Source: Candidatus Woesearchaeota archaeon (GTDB lineage Archaea; Nanobdellota; Nanobdellia; SCGC-AAA011-G17; JAGVXY01). Taken from it: a DNA stretch of 64,000 nt. Positions 63,121 through 64,000 of this stretch are shown here, one piece after another. Below the pieces are notes generated by a model. That model made no database searches. It had not been told where the DNA came from and was given only the letters and a program-made list of their open reading frames with translations. Location of the stretch: positions 24,350 to 88,349 of the forward strand of contig JAGVXY010000009.1 in assembly GCA_018303545.1 (NCBI GenBank). The letters run 5' to 3'. Every line of letters begins with the position of its first letter. Position 1 is the first letter of the stretch. The position numbers and the translations under genes are program-made.

Positions 63121-63791
63121 GGTAGTTCCACGCTTTCCAGCTTATATCCTTCTGCAATCTTGAAGCCAGGTATTCCAAAAAGATTTAATGCCCTTCCTGT
63201 AACTAAGTTCGGTTTAAATTCCAAAACTAATGCATTGTGCTTATTGTCAAGAATTACATACTCATTGGAAAATGTATCTTTAGCACTTATCGCCTTCATA
63301 TTTACAGTCATATTGTTCACACCACTATACACCTTCATAGGGTAAGTTATATATCCTTTATTTTCTAACACAAGCAATCCTAATGGCGAAGAGGTTTCAA
63401 CTGCATTTCCCAGTGCATCAATAAAAACATTTGATCCCTTAAATTCTATATCCCACTTTGTTTTCCCTTCATATTTGAGCCAGATAAATGAATCTTTTGA
63501 AAGCCACATCATTGCCGTGCTTGTCACAATCTCTTCCTCATTTGTATTCAGATTAATCCGTTCTCTTTTAAACTTCTCGAACCCATTTGAAGGTTTGCTT
63601 TCTATTACAGCAACATCATTTTCAAATGAAAGCACTCTTATTTTTTCCAAATCGTTACTTTCAATAGAATAAGGTTGAATATTCATTACTAAGTCTTTCT
63701 CAAGATTGAACTCGAAATTCAAATATTCATTATTTTGAGAGCAGCCAGAAATTAACAAAAAAATTAAGATAATCATAAAACCCCATTTCAT
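63117..63791 (-). CDS. Lipobox-bearing secreted hypothetical protein
   Basis: MKWGFMIILIFLLISGC signal with a lipobox-like LISGC. Confidence 0.45.
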   Translation of the reverse strand: MKWGFMIILIFLLISGCSQNNEYLNFEFNLEKDLVMNIQPYSIESNDLEKIRVLSFENDVAVIESKPSNGFEKFKRERINLNTNEEEIVTSTAMMWLSKDSFIWLKYEGKTKWDIEFKGSNVFIDALGNAVETSSPLGLLVLENKGYITYPMKVYSGVNNMTVNMKAISAKDTFSNEYVILDNKHNALVLEFKPNLVTGRALNLFGIPGFKIAEGYKLESVELP

Positions 63792-63827
63792 TAGAATCAG
63801 ATTGTTAAAAAGGCTATAAAAATATTT

Positions 63828-64000
63828 CTATATTTTTCTCGTTTTTATAGCATTTACAGGGCAATTTTCTTCTGCATCTTTAGCGCAACCCAACTCCTCA
63901 ACTTTAGCTTCAAGAACTTCTGCTTTATTATCTTCGTTCATAGCAAAGTTATCCGAGCATACGCTGACACAAAGTCCGCAACCAATGCATTTGTCCTTGT
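63828..64000 (-). CDS. 4Fe-4S ferredoxin-domain protein, C-terminal fragment (N-terminus lies beyond the window end)
   Basis: Hand-translated ...KDKCIGCGLCVSVCSDNFAMNEDNKAEVLEAKVEELGCAKDAEENCPVNAIKTRKI, with stop at 63828-63830. Confidence 0.5.
   Translation of the reverse strand, partial: KDKCIGCGLCVSVCSDNFAMNEDNKAEVLEAKVEELGCAKDAEENCPVNAIKTRKI

Noticed and set aside
1-64000. rRNA genes or further tRNAs
   Set aside because: No rRNA-like GC-rich blocks were found. Only two tRNA-like cloverleaves (33744-33817 and 35430-35513) could be folded by hand. I cannot exclude additional tRNAs without a covariance search.

Overview
This is a 64-kb, AT-rich window (about 30-35% GC by eye) that I read as an archaeal chromosome segment, probably from a small-celled, DPANN-like lineage. 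That call rests on an archaeal ribosomal/RNA-polymerase operon (L21e, RpoF, DUF655, S13, S4, S11, RpoD, L18e, L13, S9), Kae1, archaeal Pth2 and CMP kinase, ABCE1, and a Methanococcus-type S-layer protein. It is offset by bacterial-type elements: a bacterial-type AspRS, an ABC transporter resembling the MacB/LolD family, and DUF1385. Coding density is high on both strands, and both Shine-Dalgarno-led genes (GGAGG) and apparently leaderless genes occur.

Housekeeping genes alternate with accessory islets:
- a MNT-HEPN toxin-antitoxin pair followed by a phospholipase-D-family protein, both behind a duplicated 50-bp promoter element;
- a small membrane protein followed by two tandem paralogous P-loop ATPases;
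- a RelE toxin-antitoxin pair;
- an islet between tRNA-Lys and tRNA-Ser carrying a novel nucleotidyltransferase plus small-partner module, followed by an AbrB-like gene and a standalone IS605-type TnpB;
- an IS200-like tnpA with terminal hairpins;
- a second HEPN-MNT pair plus a third winged-helix-MNT fusion;
- a class II Fic protein.

The second half of the window is dominated by cell-surface genes, which I rank as the most interesting part. These comprise an S-layer gene, an operon of pilin-like proteins with class III signal peptides, and an ~11.7-kb single-strand cluster. That cluster holds a 1014-aa beta-helix adhesin, two paralogous 1000-1250-aa cysteine-rich proteins with internal transmembrane segments, and a further pilin-like gene. 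I would score this cluster as a candidate host-attachment apparatus.

A second copy of the nucleotidyltransferase plus small-partner module lies at the far end of the window. No rRNA or CRISPR was seen. Two tRNAs (Lys-CTT, Ser-TGA) were identified by hand-folding. All assignments rest on motifs read by eye; no database search was possible.
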